Notes under the pieces: model-generated
Databases searched by the model: none
What the model saw: only the letters and a program-made list of their open reading frames with translations
What the model was told of the DNA's origin: nothing
From: Candidatus Rokuibacteriota bacterium
GTDB lineage: Bacteria > Methylomirabilota > Methylomirabilia > Rokubacteriales > CSP1-6
Direction: 5' to 3'
Assembly: GCA_003220495.1 (NCBI GenBank)
Contig: QHSP01000019.1
Span: forward strand, 44,148 to 108,147
DNA: 64,000 nucleotides
Shown: in pieces, positions 31,434 through 41,293 of the stretch
Layout: every line of letters begins with the position of its first letter
How positions within the stretch are numbered: the stretch's first letter is position 1
Made by a program: the position numbers and the translations under genes

Positions 31434-33029
31434 TCACGGCGGCGTCAGCAACCGGCCGGGGAGGCTTCCGGTGTGATGACCGTCTTTGATGACGAAAGTC
31501 CCGTTCACCAGCACGTGCTCGATACCCAGCGGATACTGGTGAGGCGCCTGGTAGGTGGCGCGGTCGGCGACCTTGCGGGAGTCGAACACGACGAGGTCCG
31601 CGCGACTGCCGACGGCGACGACGCCGCGGTCCTTCAGTCCGAGTCGCCGCGCCGGCAGCTGCGTCATCTTGTGGATCGCCTGCGACAGCGTCAGCACGCG
31701 CTGCTCACGTGCGTACTCGCCCAGAACGCGTGGAAACGTGCCATAGCTCCTGGGATGTGGCTTGCCCGCCGCCAGCTCGCCGTACGGCGCGAGCGCCGAG
31801 CCGTCGGACCCGATCATGACCGCCGGATGCGTCAGCGCGCGGCGGAGATCGCGCTCGTCGAGCTGGAACAGGATCATATACCCCTTGCCGCCTTCGTCGA
31901 TAATCAGCTCGAGCGAGGCGTCGAGCGGGTCCATCCCCCGCTCGGCCGCGATCTCCGAGATTCGCTTCCCCTCGGCGTCCTTGCGCCGGGCCGAGGAGGC
32001 GATCATGACGTTCTCCCACCCGATGCGGTCGAGCAGGCTCTGGCCGCCCGCCGGCGCCTCGATGTCGCGCCGGATCCGCGCGCGATCCTCTGGATCGGCC
32101 AGGCGTTTGAGCATGGCGTCGATCCCACCCTCGAGCGCCCAGTCCGGCAAGAGCGTCCGGATCGTCGTGCTCGAGGCGGTGTACGGGTAGACGTCGGCCA
32201 TCACGTCGAGTCCCTCGGCCCGCGCCGCGTCGATCAGGGCGAGGACATCCGCCACCTTTCCCCAGTTGGGACGTCCCGCCGCTTTCACGTGGCTAATCTG
32301 GACCGGCAGGTCGCCCTCGCGTCCGATGTGGATCGCCTCTCTGACGGCGTCCAGGAGCGTGGCCCCTTCGCCTCGAATGTGGCTTGCGTAAAAACCCCGG
32401 TGGCGTGAGGCGGTCGCCGCAAGCGTGACCACCTCGTCGGTCGCGGCGTAGGAGCCGGGTGCATAGATGAGCCCGGTCGAGAGTCCCCAGGCCCCGTCCT
32501 CGATCCCGTCTGCGAGGAGCCTCTGCATTCGGCCGAGCTCGGCTGCCGTCGGGGCACGGCGTGCGAAGCCCATCGCGGCGACCCGCAGGGTGCCGTGCCC
32601 GATCAGCTGGATCACGTTGAGCGCCGTGCCGCTAGCGTCGAACGCGCGCAGATAGTCGCCGACCGAGCGCCAGCTAAAGTCCATGCCCGCGGGGACATGA
32701 AGCGCGAAACCTCGAAGATCCTCGAGGAACTCGGAGGACACGGGTGCCGGAGAAAAACCACAATTGCCGACTACCTCGGTCGTCACGCCCTGCCTCACCT
32801 TCGACTCGGCGCGACGATTTTCCCAGAGGCGCCAGTCCGAGTGCGAGTGCATGTCGATGAAGCCGGGCGCGACGACCTTGCCCGACGCGTGCAGGTTCCG
32901 GCCCGCGGGCTCGCGGTGCAGGTCACCGATCGCCACGATCTTGTCGTCCCGGATTCCGACGTCCGCGCGGCTGCCAGGACGTCCGGTGCCGTCGATGACC
33001 TCAGCGCCCTCGATCTTCAGGTCAAACAC
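31434..33029 (-). CDS. N-acyl-D-amino-acid deacylase (D-aminoacylase), amidohydrolase superfamily
   Basis: VFDLKIEGAEVIDGTG...GFIDMHSHSD metal-binding motif; GTG start at 33027-33029 (the longer ORF N-terminus is low-complexity). Confidence 0.8.
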   Translation of the reverse strand: MFDLKIEGAEVIDGTGRPGSRADVGIRDDKIVAIGDLHREPAGRNLHASGKVVAPGFIDMHSHSDWRLWENRRAESKVRQGVTTEVVGNCGFSPAPVSSEFLEDLRGFALHVPAGMDFSWRSVGDYLRAFDASGTALNVIQLIGHGTLRVAAMGFARRAPTAAELGRMQRLLADGIEDGAWGLSTGLIYAPGSYAATDEVVTLAATASRHRGFYASHIRGEGATLLDAVREAIHIGREGDLPVQISHVKAAGRPNWGKVADVLALIDAARAEGLDVMADVYPYTASSTTIRTLLPDWALEGGIDAMLKRLADPEDRARIRRDIEAPAGGQSLLDRIGWENVMIASSARRKDAEGKRISEIAAERGMDPLDASLELIIDEGGKGYMILFQLDERDLRRALTHPAVMIGSDGSALAPYGELAAGKPHPRSYGTFPRVLGEYAREQRVLTLSQAIHKMTQLPARRLGLKDRGVVAVGSRADLVVFDSRKVADRATYQAPHQYPLGIEHVLVNGTFVIKDGHHTGSLPGRLLTPP

Positions 33030-34347
33030 GGCCGAGTGGGCTAGACACCGGGGCCTGAGTGAACTCGAGAACCCGCTCGCACCAGGCGGCGACTCCGAGG
33101 AGGCGGCTCGACGCCCCGGCGGCCTGGACGAGTTGGATGGCGTGAGGGAGCCCCGAGGAGGCGACGCCGCTCGGCAGGCTGATCGCCGGCACGCCTGCAT
33201 TGCTCCACGGTGCGCAGAGCGACCCGTCGCCCGTCGAGCCGAGCCCGGATGGCGCCGGCGCGGGCGCCGTGGGACCGAGGAGCGCGTCGTGCGCGCTCAG
33301 CAGTGGCATCACGTCGTCGCGGAACGCGAGACGCAGCCGGTTGGCGCTGACGTACGCGGTCGCCGACACGCCGAGGCCGGCTTCGACGAGGCTCCGCATC
33401 TGGGGGCTGTACTCGTCGGCGTGCTTGAGGAACCTGGCCTCGTGGTAGGCCGCGGCCTCGGCTTCGAGCACCGTCAACCCCGCGGCCGGGAGGTCGCGAA
33501 ACAACGGCGGCAGCTCGATCTTCGACACCGTGGCACCGGCGCGCGCGAAGGCGTCGATGATCGCTTCGATATGCGCCGCGACCTCGCGCGAGGCCCGGAC
33601 GACGAGCTCGGGCGCGAGCGCCAGCCGTGGCGCGCTGACCGCCGACGGCTCGAGATCGAGTCCGGTCAGTACCGACATCGCCAGAGCGGCGTCGGCGACC
33701 GAACGCGTGAGGACGCCGACGTGATCGAGCGACCACGCGAGCGGGATGACGCCCTGCACCGGCACCAGGCCGTGCGTACCCTTGAATCCAACGACACCGC
33801 AGTAGGCGGCGGGCCGTAGCACGGAGCCGACGGTCTGCGAGCCGAGCGCCAGCGGCGCCATCCTGGCCGCGACGGCCGCCGCCGAGCCCGCCGACGAGCC
33901 TCCGGGCGTGTGGCCGGGGTTCCACGGATTTCGCGTCGGTGCCGGGTCGCGATAGGCGAACTCCGTCGTCACGGTCTTGCCGAGCACGATCGCGCCGGCC
34001 GCCCGGATCCGAGCCACCGCCGCGGCATCCGCGGTCGGCCGGGTGTGGGCGAAGGGCCTGGCTCCTCCGGTCGTCGGCATCCCGGCGACGTCGAAGATGT
34101 CCTTCACGCCGACGGGGACACCGTGGAGCGGGCCGCGAAGCCGTCCCGCGCGGGCCTCCGATTCGCGCTCGCGCGCGACCGCGCGCGCGCCGTCGGCGTC
34201 GACGTGGGCCCACGCCACGAGCTCGCCGTCGAGGGCGGCGATCCGCGCCAGACACGCATCGACCAGCTCGACCGGGCTCACGGCGCGCGCGCGAATCGCC
34301 TCCACCGCCTGCCGCACGCCGAGCGACGCGGGCTCAGCGGATCGCAT
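33022..34347 (-). CDS. amidase (amidase-signature family)
   Basis: GGSSAGSAAAVA signature and a Ser-cisSer-Lys context; 441 aa. Confidence 0.85.
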   Translation of the reverse strand: MRSAEPASLGVRQAVEAIRARAVSPVELVDACLARIAALDGELVAWAHVDADGARAVARERESEARAGRLRGPLHGVPVGVKDIFDVAGMPTTGGARPFAHTRPTADAAAVARIRAAGAIVLGKTVTTEFAYRDPAPTRNPWNPGHTPGGSSAGSAAAVAARMAPLALGSQTVGSVLRPAAYCGVVGFKGTHGLVPVQGVIPLAWSLDHVGVLTRSVADAALAMSVLTGLDLEPSAVSAPRLALAPELVVRASREVAAHIEAIIDAFARAGATVSKIELPPLFRDLPAAGLTVLEAEAAAYHEARFLKHADEYSPQMRSLVEAGLGVSATAYVSANRLRLAFRDDVMPLLSAHDALLGPTAPAPAPSGLGSTGDGSLCAPWSNAGVPAISLPSGVASSGLPHAIQLVQAAGASSRLLGVAAWCERVLEFTQAPVSSPLGRV

Positions 34348-36184
34348 CGAGCACCTCCGCGACGACCTCGAATCGGCCGAACGAGGGCATCAGGTACGCG
34401 CCGGCGTAGCGCGTCCTCACGCTGCGGACGAGCTCCTGGGCCATCTCGATCCCGACCCGGAGCGCGCTGTCGCCGGCTTCGCGAAGCCGGCGGCGCACGT
34501 TCTCGGGAATCGTGATCCCCGGGACCTCGTTGTGGAGGAACTCGGCGTGTCGGGCGCTGTGAAGCGGGAGGATGCCCACCAGGATCGGAACGGGCGAGCC
34601 GCCGGCTCGCTCCAGGAAGCGATCGAGCAGCGGCAGGTCGTACACGGGCTGCGTCTGGATCCACCGAGCCCCGGCTCGGACCTTTCGCTGAAAGCGATCG
34701 ATTTCTCGCGCGACGTCCTCGGCCACCGGGTTCAGGGCGGCGCCCACGTAGAACGACGTCGGCTCGCCGATGCTGCTCCCGGTCGCATCCTGCCCCTCGT
34801 TCATCCGGCGGAGGATCTCGATGAGCCCTACTCCGTCGACGTCGAAGACGGCGGTCGCGTTGGCATAGTCGCCCGCGCGGGGAGGATCGCCGGTCATCGC
34901 GAGGATGTTGCGCACGTCGAGCGCATGCGCGCCGAGCAAGTCGCCCTGAATACCCATCAGATTCCGGTCGCGACAGGTGAAGTGCATGTTGATATCGAGG
35001 CCCGTCGCCTCCCGCACCAGGAGCGCGGTCGGCAACACCGCCATCCGGACCCGTCCGAGCGAGCCGTCGTTGATGTCGACGATGTCGACGCCGCGCTCTC
35101 TCAAGAGCTTGGCGCCCTGGACGAGCTTCTCGACCGTGTGGCCGCGCGGCGGATCGAGCTCGACCGTGACGACGAACTCGCGAGCCGCGAGCTTGCGGCC
35201 GAGCAAAGTCGGGGGGCGGGCGACGTGGAGCCCGGGCGAAATATCCGCCGCCACCGGCCGGACCGTGACGGCCGCAGTACGCGCCTCGGCGCGGGCCGGG
35301 CGTCTGCGGTCGATGACTTCGCGCATCGCGGCGATGTGCTGGGGCGTCGTGCCGCAGCAGCCACCGACCAGGCGAGCACCGGCGCCGACCATGCGCTCGG
35401 CGTACTCCGCCATATAGGTGGGTGACGAGAGATAGATGAGGCGCTCGCCGATCCGGCTCGGCAGGCCGGCATTGGGCTGGATGCAGAGCGGCAAATTCCG
35501 GGCCTCCGGGCGCATCTGCTCCAGCACTTCATAGAGGGGGCTCGAGCCGACCGAGCAGTTTGCCCCGAGCGCCTGGACCGGCAGCGCGCACAGGGCTCGC
35601 GCGACCTCGGCGGCCGGACGCCCCGTGAAGGTGACGCCGTCGTCGGTGAACGCCATCTGGGCGATGATCGGCACGTCGGTGATCGCGCGGATCGCGGCCA
35701 CGGCGAGCGCGACCTCGTCCAGGTCGGAGAACGTCTCGACGATGAACGCGTCGACGCCACCCTCGAGCAGCGCCTCGGCCTGCTCCCGAAACGCCGCCCG
35801 CGCCTCGTCGAGAGTGACCGTTCCGAGCGGCGCCAGGTACTTCCCGAGGGGCCCGATGGAGCCGAGCACGAAGACGTCCCGGCCCGAGCTCTCGCGCACG
35901 TCGCGCGCGAGCGCGGCGCCGCGCCGATTGATCTCGCGCACCTGCTTCTCCAGGCCGTGCACCGCCAGCTTGAACCGATTCGCGCCGAAGGTGTTGGTCT
36001 CGATGCAATCGGCGCCGGCGGCGATGTAGTCGGCGTGGATCGACTGGACGACCCGGGGGGTGTTCAGGTTGAGGACGTCGAAGCACGCGTCGAGCGAGAC
36101 ACCGCGCGCGTAGAGCAAGGTGCCCATCGCGCCGTCGCACAAGAGCGGCCCGGCGGCGAGGCGGCGGCTAAGCTCGTACGGCAT
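34334..36184 (-). CDS. bifunctional homocysteine S-methyltransferase / 5,10-methylenetetrahydrofolate reductase (YitJ-like)
   Basis: N-terminal Hcy-binding domain (LCDGAMGT...GADCIETNTF...GGCCGTTP) fused to a C-terminal MetF/MTHFR domain; 616 aa. Confidence 0.85.
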   Translation of the reverse strand: MPYELSRRLAAGPLLCDGAMGTLLYARGVSLDACFDVLNLNTPRVVQSIHADYIAAGADCIETNTFGANRFKLAVHGLEKQVREINRRGAALARDVRESSGRDVFVLGSIGPLGKYLAPLGTVTLDEARAAFREQAEALLEGGVDAFIVETFSDLDEVALAVAAIRAITDVPIIAQMAFTDDGVTFTGRPAAEVARALCALPVQALGANCSVGSSPLYEVLEQMRPEARNLPLCIQPNAGLPSRIGERLIYLSSPTYMAEYAERMVGAGARLVGGCCGTTPQHIAAMREVIDRRRPARAEARTAAVTVRPVAADISPGLHVARPPTLLGRKLAAREFVVTVELDPPRGHTVEKLVQGAKLLRERGVDIVDINDGSLGRVRMAVLPTALLVREATGLDINMHFTCRDRNLMGIQGDLLGAHALDVRNILAMTGDPPRAGDYANATAVFDVDGVGLIEILRRMNEGQDATGSSIGEPTSFYVGAALNPVAEDVAREIDRFQRKVRAGARWIQTQPVYDLPLLDRFLERAGGSPVPILVGILPLHSARHAEFLHNEVPGITIPENVRRRLREAGDSALRVGIEMAQELVRSVRTRYAGAYLMPSFGRFEVVAEVLDAIR

Positions 36185-36692
36185 GCGCCTCCCGCAGCGC
36201 GCTCAGGATGCGCCCGACGACCTGGTCGGCACCGATCCCGGTCGTGTCGATGACGATGTGCGCCCGCCGGTAATACGGCTGGCGCGCCCGATAGAGCTCT
36301 TCGATCTCTGCCATCGAGCGGCCCTCGAGCATGGGGCGGTTACCGATCCGGCTGGCGCGCGCGTGCAGCTCGCGCACATCGCCGTCGAGCCACACCACGG
36401 TGCCGAGCTCGCGCAGGAGCTCCATGCGGCCGTCACGGCACGGCATGCCGCCGCCGGTCGCGATGACCTCGCCCGATTTCAGCCTGAGGCTCTCGATGGT
36501 GTCGGCCTCGAGCTGACGGAAGCGCGGCTCGCCAGCCTCACGGAAGATCTCGGGGATCGAGCGGCCTTCGCTGGCCACGATGATGTCGTCGGTCTCGACG
36601 AAACAGCGCCCGAGACGACGCGCGAGCAGGCGCCCGCAGACCGACTTTCCGGCGCCCATGAAGCCCACAAGAATTACGTTATCCCGCCGCAT
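36168..36692 (-). CDS. aroK: shikimate kinase
   Basis: Walker A GFMGAGKS at the N-terminus; 174 aa; AroK fold. Confidence 0.85.
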   Translation of the reverse strand: MRRDNVILVGFMGAGKSVCGRLLARRLGRCFVETDDIIVASEGRSIPEIFREAGEPRFRQLEADTIESLRLKSGEVIATGGGMPCRDGRMELLRELGTVVWLDGDVRELHARASRIGNRPMLEGRSMAEIEELYRARQPYYRRAHIVIDTTGIGADQVVGRILSALREAHAVRA

Positions 36693-36919
36693 CCACGCAT
36701 CGTATCAGATCATCCTCACTTCGGCGGTGAGGTGGGTTCGCGGTAGAGCGCGACGAACGGGGCCTGTCGCCGGGGGCGCACCCACGCGATCGGCTCCGTC
36801 GCACGCTCGCGCAAGCCACCTCGCCGCCCCGGGCGCATGTCGGCTACGTGAGGTCGCGGGGTGATTTTTGGGGGCTTAGGCGCGGAACGGATTCCGGTTG
36901 GGTCCGGTGCAATCTTCGG

Positions 36920-37645
36920 TTAGCGGTGGACGGTTTTGGAGGCGGGGGTTCGGCGGTAGGCGCAGTCGCGCATCCAGCAGCGGGCGCATTGGCTGAAGTA
37001 GTGGTCGATCTTCGCGTGTGCTCCGGCTGCGGCCAGGAGGGAGATCGACTTGACCGGGCTCATGAAGCAGGCCTCGTTGAGGCTGACGCCGATCGGGTCA
37101 CCGGGACAGATGGCGAAGAGCGCCTTCTGCTCGCTCACGTCCCAGTGGCCGTAGCCCGGGCTCACCCGGTTGGTGACCGGCAACCCGAGCGGAATCGCCT
37201 CCTGACAGAAGAGATCGTTGACGTACTCGGCCAGGCTCTCGACCGCTCCGGAGCCGACGCTGTCGAGCATGGCAGCGAGCGGCAGCTCGCGCGCCTCCCA
37301 CAACTCGGCGGCGCGCCGCTCCAGCCCATCGCCGATCGTGCACACGGCGGCCGCCAGCCACTCGATCGGCCCCCAGAGACGCCCGACGTCGGGAATCGTC
37401 AGCACGACATCGCCGGCCTCGATCGTGTCGGCGCCGAGGCGCCTGACGGCAAGCCAGCGGACGACGGCGCGCGGGACGATCAACGTGCGGCCGAGGGCGA
37501 GCGCCTCGTCGAAGAGCGCGAGGACCTCGGGGCCGGGCGTGTCGACCGACTTCTTGTAGCCCTGGAAACGCAGCACCTCGTCGGGGTCGATCGCGAGCGG
37601 GAGTGCCGTGAGAACCCGAGGCCTGGTCGAGAGTGGCGCGGTCAC
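36920..37645 (-). CDS. methionine-synthase activation (AdoMet-binding/reactivation) domain-like protein with C-terminal Cys cluster
   Basis: RVSPGYGHWDVSEQKALF...GVSLNEACFMSPVKSISLL...HYF resembles the MetH activation domain (Met_synt_B12). Extra C-terminal CARCWMRDC. GTG start at 37643-37645 shares one base with the upstream TAG stop. Confidence 0.55.
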   Translation of the reverse strand: MTAPLSTRPRVLTALPLAIDPDEVLRFQGYKKSVDTPGPEVLALFDEALALGRTLIVPRAVVRWLAVRRLGADTIEAGDVVLTIPDVGRLWGPIEWLAAAVCTIGDGLERRAAELWEARELPLAAMLDSVGSGAVESLAEYVNDLFCQEAIPLGLPVTNRVSPGYGHWDVSEQKALFAICPGDPIGVSLNEACFMSPVKSISLLAAAGAHAKIDHYFSQCARCWMRDCAYRRTPASKTVHR

Positions 37646-38592
37646 TACGGGTGCTTCTGACGCCCTCGAGCGCGCACGACCTCGGCGATGAGGCGGATGT
37701 GCTCCGGATCGGAGCCGCAGCAGGCGCCGACGATGTTGCACCCGGCGTCAAGCAGCGCCGGATAGTCGCGCGCCATCTCCGCGGGCCCGAGCTCGTACGT
37801 CACGGTCTCGCCCTTCCTGACGGGCAGCCCCGCGTTCGGATAGGCGACGAGCGGCGCGTCGGTCACGCGCCGCATCTCCCGGATGATCACGATGGCGCGA
37901 TCCGGCCCGCGGCCGCAGTTCATGCCGATCACGTCGGCGCCCGCCGCCAGGAGATTCTTCGCGACCTCCGCGGGACTCTCGCCCCACATGGTGCGGTCAC
38001 GATCGTGCAGGTCCTCGTACTGGAAGAACATCGTGGCCATCACCGGCAGGTCGGCCACCGCCTTGCACGCGCGGATCGCCGCCGCGGCCTCCTGCGGGAA
38101 CATCATGGTCTCCACCGCGAAGAGGTCCACGCCGCCCGCGACGAGGGCTTGGGCCTGCTCGGTGAACGTCTCGAGATATTCGTCGTCGGTGGCGATGTTG
38201 TCGCCGACGCCGTAGTCGGCGGGCACCGCGCTCGTGGGACCGATCGAGCCGGCGACGTAGCCCGTCGCGGGCGCCGCCGCGCGCGCCAGGCGCGCCCCCT
38301 GCTCGTTCAGCTCGCGGGCGCGCGCAGCCATGTTCTGGCCGTACCGCTCGTTGTACTCCTTGAGCTTGATGGCGGTCGCGCCGAACGTGTTCGTCTCGAC
38401 GATCTGGCTCCCTGCGTCGAAGTAGCCCTGGTGGATCCCGCGCACGATGTCGGCATGCGTCACGTTCCAGAGCTCGGGACAGTGGCCGTCGAGGAGTCCA
38501 GCCGCGAACAGCATGGTCCCGTAGCCGCCGTCGAACACGAGCGGCTCGCCCGCGCGCACCCGTTCGACGACCTCCCACCCCCGCGCCTTCAC
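37645..38592 (-). CDS. homocysteine S-methyltransferase domain protein (MetH Hcy-binding-domain-like, Zn-dependent)
   Basis: VFDGGYGTML...VETNTF...GMNCG...GACCGS: Pfam S-methyl_trans-type TIM barrel with Cys zinc ligands; 315 aa; GTG start. Confidence 0.8.
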   Translation of the reverse strand: MKARGWEVVERVRAGEPLVFDGGYGTMLFAAGLLDGHCPELWNVTHADIVRGIHQGYFDAGSQIVETNTFGATAIKLKEYNERYGQNMAARARELNEQGARLARAAAPATGYVAGSIGPTSAVPADYGVGDNIATDDEYLETFTEQAQALVAGGVDLFAVETMMFPQEAAAAIRACKAVADLPVMATMFFQYEDLHDRDRTMWGESPAEVAKNLLAAGADVIGMNCGRGPDRAIVIIREMRRVTDAPLVAYPNAGLPVRKGETVTYELGPAEMARDYPALLDAGCNIVGACCGSDPEHIRLIAEVVRARGRQKHP

Positions 38593-39260
38593 GACGCGAC
38601 CTTCGCCATCGCCGCGACGAGCGCCTTGGCCTTGACGACGGCCAGGGTCGAGTCCTTGGCATAGCCGTCGGCGCCGATCTCGTCGGCGAAGGCCTGGCTC
38701 ACCGGCGCGCCGCCGACCATGACCCTCACGCGCTCGCGGAGCCCGGCCTTGATCAGCGCGTCGATCGTGCGCTTCATCGCGGGCATGGTCGTGGTCATCA
38801 GCGCCGAGATGCCGACGAGGTTGGCGCCGTGCTCGCCGACAGCCGCCACGAACGCTTCGGGCGCCACGTCGCGGCCGAGGTTCACGACCTTGAACCCGGC
38901 GCCCTCGAGCATCATCGCGACGAGGTTCTTGCCGATGTCGTGCAGGTCGCCCTGCGCGGTGCCGATCACGACGATACCGAGGTAGTCCGCGCCGTGGGCG
39001 GAGGCCGTGATGAGGGGCTTCAACAGGTCGAGGCCCGCGTACATGGCGCGCGCGGAGAGGAGGACCTGCGGCACGTAGTACTCGTTGCGGCGGAACTTCT
39101 CGCCGACGACGTCCATGCCGGGGATGAGTCCCTTGAAGATGAGCGCCTTCGGATCGAGCGAGAGGTCGAGCCCCTCGCGCGTTTTCCGGGCCACCGTGTC
39201 CTTGTCGCCCACGATCAGCGCGCGTGCCATCGTCGGGTAGTCGAACGTTTCGTCGCCCAT
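38589..39260 (-). CDS. cobalamin-binding (corrinoid) protein, B12-binding-2 cap + B12-binding Rossmann domain
   Basis: DxHxxG cobalamin-ligand motif GDLHDIGKNLV and downstream SALMTTT...MVGGAP; 223 aa; MetH-B12-domain / MtaC-like. Confidence 0.85.
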   Translation of the reverse strand: MGDETFDYPTMARALIVGDKDTVARKTREGLDLSLDPKALIFKGLIPGMDVVGEKFRRNEYYVPQVLLSARAMYAGLDLLKPLITASAHGADYLGIVVIGTAQGDLHDIGKNLVAMMLEGAGFKVVNLGRDVAPEAFVAAVGEHGANLVGISALMTTTMPAMKRTIDALIKAGLRERVRVMVGGAPVSQAFADEIGADGYAKDSTLAVVKAKALVAAMAKVAS

Positions 39261-39311
39261 CGGTTACGCGTCATCTTACAACGATTCCGGTGTGTTAGTA
39301 TCTTCGAGGCG

Positions 39312-40076
39312 ATGAAAATTCGTGTGCTCGGCGCCTTCGGCGGCGAAGGGCTGGGACATCGCCCGTCGTCCTTCCTCGTGAACGACAAGATCCTCATCGA
39401 TGGCGGCTCGGTCACCGGCGCCCTGACGGTTCCGCAGCAGCTCGCGATCGAGCACGCGATCGTGTCGCACGCGCATCTGGATCACGTCGCGGGACTGGTC
39501 TATCTCACCGAAACGCTCGCCTTCTGCGAGGTCGGCGCGGCGGTGACGATCAGCAGCATCGATCCGGTGATCACCACGCTTCGCGGGAGCGTCTTCAACA
39601 ACGTGCTCTGGCCCGACTTCAGCAAGATCCCCCACCCGGACGTCCCGGTGGTGAAGTTCCGCACCCTGATCGAAGACGTCGAGCAGCGCGTCTCCGACCT
39701 CTGGGTGACGCCTGTCGCCGTCAGCCACTCCGTGCCGGCCGCCGGATTCGTCATCCACGACGGCTCCACCGGAGTGATCTACTCGGGCGACACCGGCCCG
39801 ACCGAGGCCCTGTGGCAAACCGCTCGGGGGCTGCGAGGTCTCCGGGCGATTATTCTCGAGTGCGCCTTCCCGAATCGACTCGGTCCGCTCGCTCAGGTCG
39901 CCAAGCACATGACGCCGGCGCTGATCCGCCGCGAGCTCGACAAGCTGCCGCCGGACCTTCCGGTCTGGATCTTCCATGTGAAGCCGCAATTCCACGAAGA
40001 AATTGGCGAGGAGCTGGCGCACATCGACTCCTCGCGCGTTTCGATTCTCGAACAGGATCGTACGTACACCATCTAG
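39312..40076 (+). CDS. MBL-fold metallo-hydrolase (class-II cyclic-nucleotide phosphodiesterase-like)
   Basis: ATG at 39312; HAHLDH metal-binding motif; 254 aa. The upstream part of the 415-aa ORF is antisense to the corrinoid gene. Confidence 0.8.
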   Translation: MKIRVLGAFGGEGLGHRPSSFLVNDKILIDGGSVTGALTVPQQLAIEHAIVSHAHLDHVAGLVYLTETLAFCEVGAAVTISSIDPVITTLRGSVFNNVLWPDFSKIPHPDVPVVKFRTLIEDVEQRVSDLWVTPVAVSHSVPAAGFVIHDGSTGVIYSGDTGPTEALWQTARGLRGLRAIILECAFPNRLGPLAQVAKHMTPALIRRELDKLPPDLPVWIFHVKPQFHEEIGEELAHIDSSRVSILEQDRTYTI

Positions 40077-40195
40077 CCTCTCGCTGTGCGCGCGCGTTGC
40101 GGCGGGCGGCGGCGAGGGGGCGGGGGCAGCCCTCCGCGACCTGGTAGCCGCTACGCGGTGTGGACTTTTCTTGGGCACGCCGCCCCTCCGAGTGC

Positions 40196-41293
40196 TCAGA
40201 GATCGGGGATGAGGACGACGGTTTCGGTGGAGATTTCTACGCGGACCTGGTCGCCGAGGCGGAAGATGCGGGTTTCGCCGGCGGCGGGAAGCTCGACCTG
40301 AACCGGAGCGTGGGCGCCGATCTCGATCTCGTAGAGGTGGCGGGAGCCCTCGAAGACGCGGAGCGCGATCCGGCCGGGGATGCTCGGGCCCCGCGCCATC
40401 GTGGCCTCGGTCATCGACAGGGTCTCGGGCCTCAGCACCAGGAGCCCACGATCGCCGATGCGGTGAGTTCCCATCCCGGCGACGGGCACACGGTCGCCAC
40501 GCGTGGTCTCCACGACGACGCCGAGATCGCGTAGCTCGACCACCCGCACCGGAAGAAAATTGGCGGGGCCGAGCGCCTCGGCAACGGACCGGCTCCGGGG
40601 TCGATGATAGAGCTCAGCCGGATCGCCGACCTGAAGGACGCGCCCGGCGTCGATGACCGCGAGGCGGTCGGAGAGGGCCAGCGCGTCGGCCGCGTTGCGC
40701 GTGGCGTGCACCGTCGTCACCGCCAGGTCGCGGTGGAGCTTCGTCAGCTCGAGCCTGAGCGCCTTGCGCGCGGTCGGGTCGAGGTTGGCGAGCGGCTCGT
40801 CCAGGAGCAGGACTTGCGGCTCGACGGCAAGCGCGCGCGCGAGGGCGAGACGACGGCGCTGCTCGAGCGTGAGCTCGGGCGGCTTCAGCGCCTCGACCCT
40901 CCCGAGCCCGAGCCGACCGAGCACGGTGGCCACCCGGCGCGTGATCTCGTCGGCCGGCAGGCCCTGCTGGCGCAGTCCGAACGCCACGTGCTCACCCACC
41001 CGCATGTGCGGCCAGAGCGCGCCGTCCTGGAAGACGTAGCCGACGCCGCGAACGCGCGGCGGCACGGCCGAGATATCACGACCGTCGACGAGCACCCGCC
41101 CGCGCGTGACCGGCAGGAACCCGGCGATCGCGCGCAGGACGTCAGACTTGCCCGATTTCGGCGGGCCGAGGAAGGTGAAGAACTCGCCGTAGCGGACGTG
41201 CTGCGTGACTCCGGACACGCCCGGCGGCACGCCGCCGCGGGTATCGAGATCCTCGAGACGGATGTCGACCAGCGGCCGTTCGGTCAGGCTCAC
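40196..41293 (-). CDS. ABC transporter ATP-binding protein with C-terminal TOBE domain (PotA/ModC/CysA-like)
   Basis: Walker A GPPKSGKS, Q-loop, signature LTLEQRRRLALARAL, Walker B LLLDEP, H-loop. GTG start overlaps the upstream MFS stop (GTGA). No permease gene adjacent. Confidence 0.85.
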   Translation of the reverse strand: MSLTERPLVDIRLEDLDTRGGVPPGVSGVTQHVRYGEFFTFLGPPKSGKSDVLRAIAGFLPVTRGRVLVDGRDISAVPPRVRGVGYVFQDGALWPHMRVGEHVAFGLRQQGLPADEITRRVATVLGRLGLGRVEALKPPELTLEQRRRLALARALAVEPQVLLLDEPLANLDPTARKALRLELTKLHRDLAVTTVHATRNAADALALSDRLAVIDAGRVLQVGDPAELYHRPRSRSVAEALGPANFLPVRVVELRDLGVVVETTRGDRVPVAGMGTHRIGDRGLLVLRPETLSMTEATMARGPSIPGRIALRVFEGSRHLYEIEIGAHAPVQVELPAAGETRIFRLGDQVRVEISTETVVLIPDL

